This document shows, piece after piece, positions 27,126 to 40,980 of a stretch of DNA of 64,000 nt; within the stretch, counting starts at the first letter, position 1; each line of letters starts with the position of its first letter. The position numbers and the translations under genes were made by a program. The notes beneath the pieces were generated by a model. It did no database searches and had not been told where the DNA came from. It saw nothing but the letters and a program-made list of their open reading frames with translations. The stretch is from Octopus sinensis (Eukaryota): contig NC_042999.1 of the NCBI RefSeq assembly GCF_006345805.1, positions 96,410,001 through 96,474,000 of the forward strand, given 5' to 3'.

Positions 27126-27238
27126 TCGTAGCCATAGATCTTTATAAAACGCGCCGGCGGCGAGTGCAAAGCGAGGTTCGTTGGCCTCAGCCAACCACAC
27201 ACGCGCGCGCATGCATCTCGCCCATTCCTCTTTCTCTC

Positions 27239-27289
<51 letters not shown>

Positions 27290-27329
27290 ACTAACTCTTT
27301 CTTTCCCTCTGTGTATGTGTGTGTGTATG

Positions 27330-27376
<47 letters not shown>

Positions 27377-27381
27377 TAATT

Positions 27382-27437
<56 letters not shown>

Positions 27438-27459
27438 TATATATTATATATTATATATG

Positions 27460-27492
<33 letters not shown>

Positions 27493-27698
27493 CATATCAC
27501 TCCACCCTCAATGTCGATCTCTGTCTAACTGTCAGGAACCCTCCTTGTCCCTCTTCATTTTCTGCAGTTCTACCTATCATCCTCTCTAACACTCCCACTC
27601 TGGGCTCGTCTTCTAATTTTTATTTCTCTCTCTTGCTTTCTCTCATTCTCTCAATCCTTGTGTCTCGTTCCTTTCCTACCCCCAATCTCTTGCTCACC

Positions 27699-27739
<41 letters not shown>

Positions 27740-28716
27740 TTTCACACATACTCTCCCTCTCTCTAATTCTTTCGCTATATCTTTCCCTCAATGTCTATCT
27801 CTATCTCTCTTTCATACACACACACACACACACAAACACAAACACACACACATGCTCCATGAATCTCCTCCCCTGTCCTTCAACATATTCAGTTCCCCTC
27901 TTTCACTGTTTTTACTTCCCTTACTGCATCATCATTTCCGTTAGCTCTCATCATCCTCTCACTCTCCCCACCCACTTCTCTTTGTCCGTCATCACTTTTA
28001 CTTTCTCTACCACGTACGCAAACACACACAAACATTTATACATAACATTATACGAGCATACATATACATATATATTATGATTGATAGATACCTATATATA
28101 CATATAAACATATATACGTAAAAGCATACGTTCATATCTAGCTATATGTGTGTGTTTATGTAAATATATAACTAAATATTTATATGTACATATACGTGTG
28201 TATATATACGCGCGCCTACACACACACACATATATATATATATATACACACACACTCACACACACACACACACACACACCACATATGTATAGACATGCAT
28301 GCATGTATGTATGTATGTATGTAGTATGTATGTATGTATGTATGTATGTATGTATGTATGTATACACGCACACATGTCGATACAGATAAATGCATGTATA
28401 TATATGCATTTAATACACATAAATATCTATATATATATATATATATATATATATTCCCTTTTTTGTATCATCTGTCTAGATGTTTTGCGTTCTTGTCCCA
28501 TTTTTTGTATTCTTTCTATATATATATATATATAATATATATATATTATATATATACATATATGCGTAAGTAGACATGCACAGATCGATCGATAGATAGA
28601 TATATCAGTATACATACGTAATTATATGCGCATATGTACAAACATATATACATAAATATGTGTGTATATGTGTGTGTGTGTGGGAGTATGTAAGCATGTG
28701 GTTATATCATTCTATA

Positions 28717-28773
<57 letters not shown>

Positions 28774-28984
28774 AACAAAAAAGTTATATCATTCTATATT
28801 ATATATATATAAACAAATATATGTACATAAACAAAAAAGTTGTACATATCTATGTGTGTGTATCTAAACACTGATATAAATAAGTGCGTGCGCACACAAT
28901 TACGCGCGCGCGCAGGAAAACGCATTCACGCGCGCGAAGAAATGGACCAAGTTTGAAACAAGTTGATACTTTTAAATATTTAAA

Positions 28985-29470
28985 GATCATCTATGCCAGA
29001 TAGGAAAAGCATCAAATAAATTAAGTTATAGACTGACCAGGTCAAAAGCTCCTTATAGCAAGAGACTAAACAAATATTGTCAAATAAGTGTTAGCAGTCC
29101 TAATGTGGTACATATGGCCTATCTTTGCGTTAGGTATGACCCAGAACATAAACAACCAAGTGCAAAACTTATCAATGCTGCAGGGGTATTGTTTCAAAGA
29201 AGAATACCGAAGGTATCTTATGCAAACACTGAGGTCCATAAAGAAGCAAAGACCACTAGAAAGTTTCTGAAAAACGTAAGGAGATGCTAGGTTCTGTTTA
29301 TTGGCTCCTTATACGAAAAGAAAAAAAAAATATGAGTTGGAGACAACTCGAAAATTAGAAGGGAAAACCCAAAGAAGTCACAGAGAGAGCGGGGAATGAG
29401 GGGGAGGAGAAGATATTCGATGGCCTTAACAGCTGGCTTCAGAAAAAGCAGCCCAACAGTGTACTAAGTT
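28985..29470 (+). mobile_element. RTE-type LINE, decayed ORF2 C-terminal fragment
   Basis: Translation QIGKASNKL...RRIPKVSYANTEVHKEAKTTRKFLKNVR...GRREKIFDGLNSWL matches the RTE post-RT pattern (RIGKAS...RRIL.I.W...NTEVL...GKR.RGR.R). Confidence 0.65.
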
Positions 29471-30162
29471 GTGTGCGAGAGGGAAGGACATGGAACTCCA
29501 CGATTGCCGACGCCAGTAGGCATCGTGTATAAAGAGGAAGATGAAGTTACCGATATACATAAATACACACACAGACATATAAACATGTGTATATATAAAA
29601 CTATGCCCAGATTACGTGTGTGTCAGTGAATCCGTGTGACTGTTCACACACATACACATATGCATTATATATATATTCATCACACACGTACACAACACAC
29701 GCACACACACACATATACACACATACACAGACATATACAGACACATATACATACATGTGTAAGGGCATACACACACGTACATAAATACATGCATACATGT
29801 ATAAACGTGTGTGTGTGTGTGTGTGTAGGGCAGCTATGGAAGCAGTAATAAAAATGAGCATTTGAGTGTGCGTTTGTGTGTGTACACACACACACATACA
29901 TACAGAACACGCACAGACCGGCAACCAGCAGACACTCATATAAAGAATTTATTGATATATTTATACATATGGATCGGTATACATATATTTACACATAAAT
30001 ACATACATATAGATGTTTATACATATATACATACACGCACGTATAAATACACACACACGCACACACACACACACACTCTCTCTCTCTCTCTCTTTATAAA
30101 TATACATATATTCATATGCAAATATATATACATATATATTCATATGCATATATATATATATG

Positions 30163-30201
<39 letters not shown>

Positions 30202-30277
30202 TACATTCATATATATATATATATACACAAACACGCAGATATTAAACATATACTGTATGTGTATGTATGCATGTATT

Positions 30278-30324
<47 letters not shown>

Positions 30325-30453
30325 GTGTAGGTGTGTGTGTGTGCGTTTATATATTATATAGTTGATATATTTATGACGTATATTCATCATATATATATAT
30401 ACACACAATATGCATGTTACAAATAGATTTCATGTATATATGTGTGTGTTCAT

Positions 30454-30679
30454 TTATTCTTTTACTTGTTTCAGTCATTTGACTGCGTCCATGCTGGAGC
30501 ACCGCCTTTAGTCGAACAAATCGACCCCAGGACTTATTCTTTGTTAGCTTGGTACTTATTCCATCGGTCTCTTTTGCCAAACCGCTAGCTTACGGGGACG
30601 AAAACACACCAACACCGGTTGTCAAGCGATATTGGGTGGGTGGGGGACAAACACACACACGCACACAAAGACACACACA

Positions 30680-30715
<36 letters not shown>

Positions 30716-30840
30716 TACGCATATATACGACGGGCTTCTTTCAGTTTCCGTCTTCTAAATCCACTCACAAGGCTTTGGTCGGTCCGAGGGTATAGTAGAA
30801 AACACTTACCCAAGGTGCCACGTAGTAGGACTGAACCCAT
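30454..30840 (-). mobile_element. Family B SINE, reverse orientation, with internal (CA)n expansion
   Basis: tcttttacttgtttcagtcatttgactgcgtccatgctggagcaccgcc...gacgggcttctttcagtttccgtc...ccaaggtgccacg is the reverse complement of 12391-12758. Confidence 0.85.
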
Positions 30841-31642
30841 GTGTATATTTCTCCTATGTATTTCATATACAAATTTTGTATATACACTAAATATATGTTA
30901 CATATATTTTTACAAATTATATATAAATCCTATACTTATATCACACACTATGCAAATATAGAGAAGCACCCACATACACGTGTTTTATACACACACGAAC
31001 ACTAACAAACACACACACTCTAACACACACAGATACTCGCATAAAACGTACACCCGCGCAAACCTACACACACACGCGCACATACATATTAAATGTTAAA
31101 TGAAAGTGTTTATCTTAATGCAAATTAAAGTATAACAACATAAAATTCAGAGTAGGGACATACAGTACAGAGAATAAAACCAGCTTCAGTGAGTGGCTGA
31201 TTATGCCGTCAGGCGAAATTTAAAACCAGTCTTATATGCAATATATATTACCACTATATTCATATGTACATATATATATATGTGGGGTGGGTGCTTGCCT
31301 GTGTGTGTATGTGTGTAAACAGACACACACTTATTGCTTTACATATTCAGAATATACCAATTTTATTCTTTTTCTTAAGTTTTTCAGTAGGTACAGGTTG
31401 TGTGGCACCAGCCTTGTCGCAATCAACCCCGAAAATGAATTTCGTAACTGTTATTATCAAGCTGATGTCTGGAACACATCATGAAACCCCCATGGAAAAA
31501 AATTGCTACACACACACACACGCACACACACATACAAACATACATATGTATATAAGTATAAGTACATATAATGCATAATTAAATATATGTATATACCTAT
31601 ATAAGCATACAATACATGATTATATATGTATATACATATTAT

Positions 31643-31692
<50 letters not shown>

Positions 31693-31745
31693 GTATATAC
31701 ATATATATAATTATGTATTGTATGCTTATATAATGTAGTATAATA

Positions 31746-31969
31746 CGAGGTGTCGATGAAGTTATAAAGTGTTACTCAGGATCTCAACTATGCACCTATT
31801 ACATCCTATAGCAGAAACAGCTGTAAGTGTTAGAGTTCATAAGATAATCTTTTATTCCAATGCTATTTCATTTTCTGATAGATATATGTATAATCACATA
31901 TATAGATGTATGTGGGTGAGTGTATATATATATATATATAATGACACCTTATAACTTCATCGACACCTC

Positions 31970-31970
<1 letters not shown>
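31746..31970. mobile_element. Mariner-type MITE (about 225 bp) with 30-bp terminal inverted repeats
   Basis: Left TA|CGAGGTGTCGATGAAGTTATAAAGTGTTA versus right end (reverse complement) TT|CGAGGTGTCGATGAAGTTATAAGGTGTCA. TA-CGAGG termini are typical of mariner elements. Confidence 0.75.
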
Positions 31971-32022
<52 letters not shown>

Positions 32023-32043
32023 ATATATATATAATATATATAT

Positions 32044-32250
32044 TGTAAAATTGAAGAAATTGGAGTCATCAAGAAGGAGTACGGTTGGACAGTTATTTTT
32101 TCAATCACTTCAATTGTTTGTACACAATGTAGTTCTCCAAAAATACCTGAACTTTTGCAGAATTACGTTGTGTGGAGACAATTGTAGTGATTAAATAATA
32201 ACTGTCCAACCGTATTCTTTCTTATTAACTCCTATTTCTTCAATTTTACA
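32044..32250. repeat. 207-nt near-perfect palindrome (fold-back)
   Basis: Arms 32044-32142 and 32153-32250 pair almost throughout, with a loop of about 10 nt (atacctgaac). Confidence 0.9.
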
Positions 32251-32382
32251 TTCACACACAACGAATGCCCAAACAGAAATTTGGAAGTATATAATGATAG
32301 TACCGGATAGTATTGGGTAATTCTGAGAGTGGACGAGCTTTATACTGTACTCTGCCACATACCTTACAGAATGTATCATAAC

Positions 32383-32422
<40 letters not shown>

Positions 32423-32462
32423 GTGTGTGTGTGTGTATGTGTATCTATAATTTCTTCAATTT

Positions 32463-32494
<32 letters not shown>

Positions 32495-32602
32495 AAGAAA
32501 AATAAATTCACGAGATATTTTGATCAAATCCACTACAAATGTTTCGAGTCATCCAGCATCTTTATCTCACAGGTATGATACTGTACTATCAGTTGTCTTG
32601 CA

Positions 32603-32658
<56 letters not shown>

Positions 32659-33472
32659 GACATACGTGTGTGTGCAGAATTTTCCCCTACTTTTCTTCTC
32701 AAATAAGTCCAATATGCTAAAAGTGACCAAAGCTTGAATTGAACCGAAACTCTAAGTTTCAGTACAAACAAATTCAATGATCTCCCATTTCATTCGCACG
32801 CTCATACACATTCATATAATCTCATAAGCACATACATGGACACAACAATGTTTCTGAAGTAGATTATATATTTAGTTTTAGTTCATCTGCAATTGGTACA
32901 GCATACTAGAAACAGGTTGACTTTCTGCATAAATTGGCCTTTCTGCTTTTAAAATATTAGGAAACACAAACTTTGAAATGCTGATTATCTGGTATTATTA
33001 GTTTGTTTGAGCGCACAATGCATTTTCCGTCCTCATTGCAATCTATGCCCCAGAAACTTACTAATATCCGACAATACACTTCGACTTCGAATTATTGACG
33101 AAGGCAGAAGTACCTCCATAAGATGCTCCGCATGAGATGCACCGTTTTGAAGGAACTGAGACGAAAAGTGACTGAAGCGGTTCAAACAATGAGTAAAAAT
33201 ACCCTTCGTTTATCCACTTAGAATATAGTTTAGGTGTCTTGGTATAATGCTTTAGAGGTAGACTGGCTAAGAGGCCTATTTTCTCAACAACATCATGTAC
33301 ATCCTACCGAAGAGAGTGACAAGGCCCAAAATATATAAGTAATATATATTTTTAACTGAACGCCACGCATCCATTTCCAAGTAATTATATATATATATTA
33401 TATATATATTATATATATATATATGTGTTTGGTGGTGTGTGTGTGTGTGTGTGTGTGCGTGTGTGTGTGTGC

Positions 33473-33520
<48 letters not shown>

Positions 33521-33644
33521 CTACTGCTTGAAGCTTACAAACTTCTTACACTTCGGATCTTATGATCGTATTCACACACACACATACTCACATACACACA
33601 CAGATGTATGTATATATAGCGGGAGAGAAAGAGAGCGAGAGAGG

Positions 33645-33680
<36 letters not shown>

Positions 33681-34186
33681 AGGTAGATAGGTAGATAAAT
33701 ATTTATATATGGACACCTGTATACATGTTATATATTTTCTTATGATTGTAAAATCTGTCAAGAAATGAACCAATATTCAATGAATAATCCAAATGCTACA
33801 ATGAAACCTTTTATCGAAGCGGTTTTAAGAAAAATATCTATAATATCTATAATATTGATCCTACAAGTATAACTAAGAAGCTCAATAGTAGAAGAAATAT
33901 CTCATAGTACAGTACACGGTGTAACATAGAAGTACATAATGTCTTAACTAAATTTTTCTTTACTTTGTTTACAACATTCTGATAAAGTATATTCATAAGC
34001 CTTGCAGCTAAGCAATTTCAGTTCCACACATTTCTCTAGAAAGATCGCAAAATGACCTGTTGCTTAATTTGCTAGTTATTAAAGTATTTAATACGTCACA
34101 GACCCTAAGACAGTATGTCACGGTTAAACTTATTCAAACAACAAAATTGACATTGAGATGTATTAATATATACGCAGATAGACAAA

Positions 34187-34269
<83 letters not shown>

Positions 34270-34559
34270 ACATACATACATATCACTTTATCAAAACTTA
34301 AATGCGTGTGTGCGAGTGAATAACACAATATATTTTGTTATGTTGTTCACTATTGTCACTCACGGAGCATGCTTCACTAACAGTCATTGGTTGTCCATGT
34401 AGCTTTGAACTGGTCAACCTTTGTAAGCTTTTAATCCAATTACAACTGCTATAAAGCATGTAGAATAGGATAATATAAGGAGGAAGCAATGAAGGAATTA
34501 TTAATGAATTTATAAAGTAAATTGCTATTTGGAAAGGGAGACCAGTTTCAGGAGGAAAA

Positions 34560-34702
<143 letters not shown>

Positions 34703-34899
34703 GTTTCTTTATTAGCCACACAGGGCCGAATACAGAGGGAAGAAAATACAATGTAGAGCTTTTCTTTTTCGAAGATAGAAAAAAAAGGAGAAAAATAATA
34801 TTCTGATCGAAAGGGATCGTGAGAAAAAGAAGAAAAAAAACGATCAAAAGGGATCGTGTATCACAGAAATATTTAAAAAGTGTTAAGAGCAAGATTAGG

Positions 34900-34987
34900 T
34901 TTATCATTGGAAAGAAAAGCCTACGGAAAAGACCATGGTAACTTCAGGCAAGGAGGGAGCAAACACATGAGAGCAAAGAGCTCTCTC

Positions 34988-35018
<31 letters not shown>

Positions 35019-35640
35019 TCGATTCGCAGGATCATGCTTAAAGTAGTTTCGTCACTCGTACGTACCATCTTTGCTACATTCACCCACCTTTTATTGAAAA
35101 TTTCACGAAACAAAACTTGCCTCTCTATTCTCACCTTCCTTTTCAAGTGGTACTTGAAAAAGCTGAGCGATTTGCCAAAGGGATAAGTGCTTGCCTCTAA
35201 ACCTTTCGCTCGAGTCCCCCACACACATTCTTTCACCATGGCCTCCAGTACGATGAAGACTGCCTTGCCTTCCCGGTTAAGAGAAGGTGGCGGAGCAATT
35301 TTCGCATTTTCACGATAGACTCGGCCAACAGACAGACTCGTCCCACACTTGACAGCAGTCGTTCGGCGTAAGCCCACTGGTCCGAAATGGTTGGATACTG
35401 CACGAGTGCGCGCAGAACGGTTTCGTCGCTCTGACCGCATCTCAGGCAAGTCGGTCCGGTGTGTCTCGAACTGTGCCTGTAGAGCTTATTCCGAAAGAGT
35501 AATAATGCCTCTCGATAGCACTGCCAGGGATCCTGGCGATTGTCCATAGGTCCCGGCCAACAGGTCCTGTTGAGTTCAAGCACCGCCACCAAACAACCTC
35601 CAAACCATCTATCTCTATTTCGGAGTGTAAGTCCAATTAA
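34900..35640 (-). mobile_element. Tx1/L1-clade LINE 3' fragment (Zn-knuckle and C-terminus), frameshifted
   Basis: CYREALLLFRNKLYRH...TCLRCGQSDETVLRALVQYP...VGRVCLLAESIVK, then in a second frame SLNREGKAVFIVLEAMVKECVWGTRAKG...FFKYHLKRKVRIER...FNKRWV. This is the CxxC-x8-H-x4-C-type ORF2 C-terminus. Confidence 0.8.
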
Positions 35641-36864
35641 TTTGAGCGTTTTCTATATTGAGCATCTCTGGATCTCATTTGTTGACATGTCTGTGTGTGT
35701 GTGGTGTGTGTGTGTGTGTGTGTGTGTGTGTTGTGTATGAGAGAGAGAGAGAGAAAATTATACAAAAACTGGTCCCCTTTTCTGAATAACAATTGCGAAT
35801 TTCTCTGCCTGTGTCTGCTTGGTTTCCTGGCCTTTAGACTCAGTTCTTTGGGATCAATCCTCAGAAATGGCATATATATAGAATCAGGATAAACCCCAGG
35901 AGTTTTGTAACACCTTTACTTCTTACATCCAATAATGTGCGAATTAAGAAGTATAGAAAGCAAACAAGCTGAATATTGGTTGGAGAATTATAGTTAACCT
36001 ATTTAGGACATAAATGATAGACAATAAGAATATTAAAAGTTTTGGCGGGCGGGGTGAATTTTGGAATTTATTAACTTTTTCATATGCGTCAACATGTTGG
36101 TTTTAGATATTATGCTTTTGAGTAGTAATTTTGTTATTAGCCAAATCATTTCTCTTCAGACGAAATCCATGGAACTTTAAGTGATAGCCAGTCTCGTCAT
36201 ATTGAGTAAATTCTCCAAGAGGAAAAAGTTCTTTTATATTATGAGCCAACTTAATCTTCAAATTATTTTTAAAGGTCAAATTCGCGAGCAGTAAAAAAAT
36301 ATATTTAATATTTTGCAAAGACGTTTAGTAAAAAGTTGTACAAGTCATGTCAAGATAGAAAGGAAGCCAGACAAGAGCGAAATTGACAAGATGTGATATA
36401 TTGGGGAGAAAAAGTTAAAAGCTAGAATTAAACCTAGGGCTTACAGGAAAAAATGGAGTGGGGGGAGGGAAGGTTGAAAGAAGTTTGGCTCGAAATAGTC
36501 GGGTGAAGTTTTAGACAATTACTAAAATTCGGCAGGACCAACGTTCACGATTGGGCAAAGTTTTAACTTGAAAATTTACGCATGTTAAATTTTATGCAAA
36601 TATAAAATTATTGATGCTCTCTTATATTCTCCTTTTTCTGCGATCTTACTTTAGAGTGAAGTCCCAACAACTCTCCACAGTTGCTAGGCTAAAATCTGCC
36701 CGGAGGGCGTTCTTTTTTGTTAGTACATTACATACATAATATATGCATATCACACGCACTTGCGCATAAACCTTAGTACACATAGTCGGAAGTGAACATA
36801 TCTGTGATTACACAAAGGAAAGAAGGGAAAAGAGAAACAGGGAGAGGGATATATATATAGTGAG

Positions 36865-36931
<67 letters not shown>

Positions 36932-37902
36932 CGCGCTGACAGACACAGACGCACGTGCATAGAACAATTACACACATACGTGCGCGCGCGCGTAAATATG
37001 GATTTAAGCGAACACAGAGAAATACCAGAAGCGAATATAATTGAAAAGTGTTATCTAAACACGAAGGAATTCACCTCGTATATCTCGTTCTTCGGAATCT
37101 GGTAAACATTGTTAGCAGAAGAATTTCCAACTCTACCTACCTTGCGAAACAAAAAAAAAAAAAAAAAAAAATTGCGCCTTTGAGGTCAGTAGGTTCAAAG
37201 ACAAAATAATTATAATCCCAGACGGTCACCATCGAGAAGAAAAAAGTAAACGATGAAATATTTGACTCGCTTCTGATCATTGCTATACGTTAAGTCCATC
37301 ATAAGATGTTTCTCAGATAAACAGATAACCATTTCTCGATGACCTATAGGTGTAGTCATACTATAAAGATTGTATCTCATAATCCAACCCTTACCTCTGA
37401 TGATGGATGCTCAGGAAGAAACATTACAACGGTCTCAATGAATACGCCACGCAACACTGATGATGCAGAAGCGATATCTATAGGTGCAAAGCACAGTGCC
37501 GACCTAGACTGCTACATCAGTTTAATGGACGGTCATTCAAGGAAAGGTTTTTAGATCACACCTATTGTTTCATATAATCGAGGCGACGGATCTAGCTAAC
37601 GATGTCTAGCAACAGAAAAGCACAACATAGCTGTAAAATCGTTGGCAAAACAAACTATTTCCGTTCATTAATCTGTCTCATTTTTTAATATTTTCTTTCT
37701 TTCCCTTGAATAGACACATAAACATACCGAACGATCGAAAAACCGAATTTTGATAGAGTTCAGCGAAAGAGCAAAGAGAAATAAGCAAGAGTATATATGA
37801 GACGAAATCATGATCTCGCAAATTCCATATTTTTTCTTATAAAAGTCGGCTTTCTCACGTTCTATATTATGACCCAAAACCACACACACTCACACACACA
37901 AC

Positions 37903-37952
<50 letters not shown>

Positions 37953-38125
37953 TGCACAAATCCTGTTCTTAATATTTTTATTAACAAAGTAAAATACAAT
38001 GATTGACAATTATACTACCTAGATAAACAGACGCTTTAACAATTTTTGTTGATTCTCCCTCGTTTTGGTATTATACCCTAATTATTAAAGTGTAATGATT
38101 TATTTATTGCAATTTGAACGTCATT

Positions 38126-38183
<58 letters not shown>

Positions 38184-38310
38184 ATGATCTGGTTCTTGAC
38201 TGATGACTGAGGGCTTCGAATGTCCCGTCCTGTGGTTCTGTCTTGTTCGCTCTGTGGTGTTTCATGTTCTTGTCCATGTCTGTAATTATTTTTACTGTTT
38301 ACCTATATAT

Positions 38311-38381
<71 letters not shown>

Positions 38382-39603
38382 TGTATGTATCAGCTCAATT
38401 TAGGTATGAACCTTGTAGTTTGTTTTATAAACCTCGTCAACGGATAATTGACTATCAGACACAGTTTCACAATGAAAGTAGATCGTATTAATGAAGTGAC
38501 GTTCGGAAACTCATGGATATCTCTAGAGTATATATAAAACAATGTGAAAACAGGAGAAGAGCAAATACACTTCGTGACATAGTACTAAAATTATTTCATC
38601 TTTATTTTACCAGTAGATAATTGACGAAATATTATGATATAATAAATACATTATATTCATTATATAGCATCTGCATTATTTCAGCAAGATTGGTAAATAA
38701 AAACTCCTGAGGTATGAGCACAGAGTGTTCACTAAATTAAAGCATGTTCCACAGAATATATGCTTCACCACATTCGAAAAATATAAACAAACTCCTCTAG
38801 ATTCGGCAAGTATCTGCTAGTAAAGGAAAGATGAAACAATAAAACCTTTCCTCAATCCAGTCTCTCCTGTTTACGCATGGCTTTACACACACACATGTGC
38901 GCACACTCAGGATTCGTTATAATTTGGGTATTTCAACGTGTGGGACTGCAAGAATGGTCGGGTACTAGGCTTGCAATGTTCAGTTGTTGTTAGCAGGCAG
39001 AATTCTGAAAGTATGCGCGTGCATGTCTGCATTTCGAGCCAAGTATTAGTACCTGCCTAACTTTGATTAAAATCATGTGAAGATAGCGCATTTTAGTCAT
39101 GATATAAAGTAAGTATTCATCAATAAAATGTTACTGAAACAGCTGTGTGAACTTTAAACTCCAGGTTTGTGTGTGTGTGTGTGTGTGTGTGTAGGTCGAA
39201 GAATAACCGAGAAATTGAACATCTATTATTCAAGGAACTAATTATACTCACATTATGTCCAAACATTCTTCAATTTGTATTGACCCATTATCTGAACAAC
39301 TTTCAAAATACCGTTTGAGCTTCAAACAAACACATAGATGAACATATGCGACGTAAATACTTTAATATGATTGAATTAGTTTATGCAGCCATATTGCAAA
39401 TTGTTATCATTTGAACCCAATACACTTATTAACACTTATAACACGTATTACCCTACCATTTTTGTTCATAATTATTTTTGCCGCTGTTATTTCTGGCTAA
39501 CAATTGAAGAGTATTTTGTTTACATAATACCCGATTGTAGTAATTTTAATTATTTCCTCCTAATTCTTTTTCTGTGAACCTAATGGCTCATACATACATA
39601 CAT

Positions 39604-39671
<68 letters not shown>

Positions 39672-39747
39672 TAATTATCTTGTTAGCCTATAAACGTCGG
39701 AGTTATAATTTTCATGACACTTGATATACATTTATATATAGATACAT

Positions 39748-40980
39748 AAGCTGTTCATGGAGCAAGTGATACCCAGGCCAACCAGGGGCAACAACATATT
39801 GGACCTGTGCTTCACAAATAATGTGGACCTTATCCATAATGTGAAGGTGACATCAACGTCACTCTCGGATCACAACATTGTTGAACTATGTGTGGTTTTG
39901 CGTCAACTATTGGTATCTACCCTATCATGAGGACTCAAGCCTTATCCAACCTGAATTCCCATAAGGCAAAATGGGAATCGATCTGCAAAAAGATCCATCA
40001 ACGAAACTAGTCCAACATTCTTTGTATGCAAGACATTGATTTGAAACTCAGCCAGTTTATGTTAACTGTGCAAGCTATTTGCACAAAACACATCCCAGAA
40101 AGAAAGGCCAGCACACTGTTAAACACGATTCCCACGGACAGAAAATGCTAATGAGACGCAGATCAAAGATCTCAAACGGCTGAATAGGCAACTGAAGGGT
40201 AGAGTGAAGTCTATCTTAACACCGACGCTCCTACAACGGGAAAGAGCAGGGCTGTGGAAAGCATAAAAACAAATCCCAATGCTTTCTATAAATTCGCAAA
40301 GGAAACTACAATATAAAATAGGACTATTGTTCCAAGGGAATAGCTCACTGACGGCGGACCCAGGAAGGATAAGTGGAATATTCAGTGAACAATTTAAAAG
40401 TGTCTTCACTTTCCACCTTGGACACATGCAGATTAAAAATCCGGCTGAATTCCTTGATATTGCAGCTCTAAAAAAGGAGGAAACAGATGTAACAGCGGCC
40501 ATAGATGAAATGAGCTCATGCTCCGCCACTGGTTCTGATGACTTCTCAGCTATTCTCCTAAAGCCATGTAAGTAGGCTTTAGCGAAACCACTTCAGATAC
40601 TTTGTATTGTACCAAAGGTACCATCCAATCCATCAAAATTCAGGACCAGGTACTGCAATAGTCTACGGTTAAAAGCCCACAGCTCTTCAATGCCCTGCCA
40701 CAAAAATTGATTTGCATAAGGTGGAAGTAGATGTCTTCAAAAAGGAACTAGACATCGTTCTCTCCCCAATACCGGATGAACCAACAGCCCGACATGAGGT
40801 ACAACGAGGGCAGCGGAATCAAACTCCCTTACACACCAAATTTACCAACAACTAGGACAAAGGCAGATACAGGAGTGGCGATGTGAAACACCCAGACTGA
40901 GGAAGTCAGAAAGACCATGGTGGTGCTCCAGCATGACTGTGTCCGTATAGCTGAAACGAGTAAAGGAGTAAAAGAGTATA
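39748..40980 (+). mobile_element. CR1-type LINE, 5'-truncated and internally deleted (endonuclease end + linker + ORF2 C-terminus/3' tail)
   Basis: LFMEQVIPRPTRGNNILDLCFTNNVDLIHNVKVTSTSLSDHNIVEL is an APE C-terminus. It continues ...FSEQFKSVFT...AIDEMSSCSATGSDDFSAILLKPCK*ALAKPLQIL and jumps at about 40602 to ...SKFRTRYCNSL...QLFNALP...VDVFKKELD...IPDEP...AAESNSL. Confidence 0.85.

Noticed and set aside
27096-27135. N-terminal extension MATKIFPFCARFSAGS of the supplied ORF 26755..27135
   Set aside because: It mostly overlaps a polypyrimidine tract and CAG acceptor and lies only about 5 nt from a TATAAA. The signal peptide starts sensibly at MKSC (or M6/M12).
31390-31460. RLCGTSLV...NCYY, superficially like an insulin B chain
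   Set aside because: The Cys spacing is x15 rather than x11, there is no signal peptide, and the DNA includes the reverse complement of the SINE core (ttcggggttgatt).
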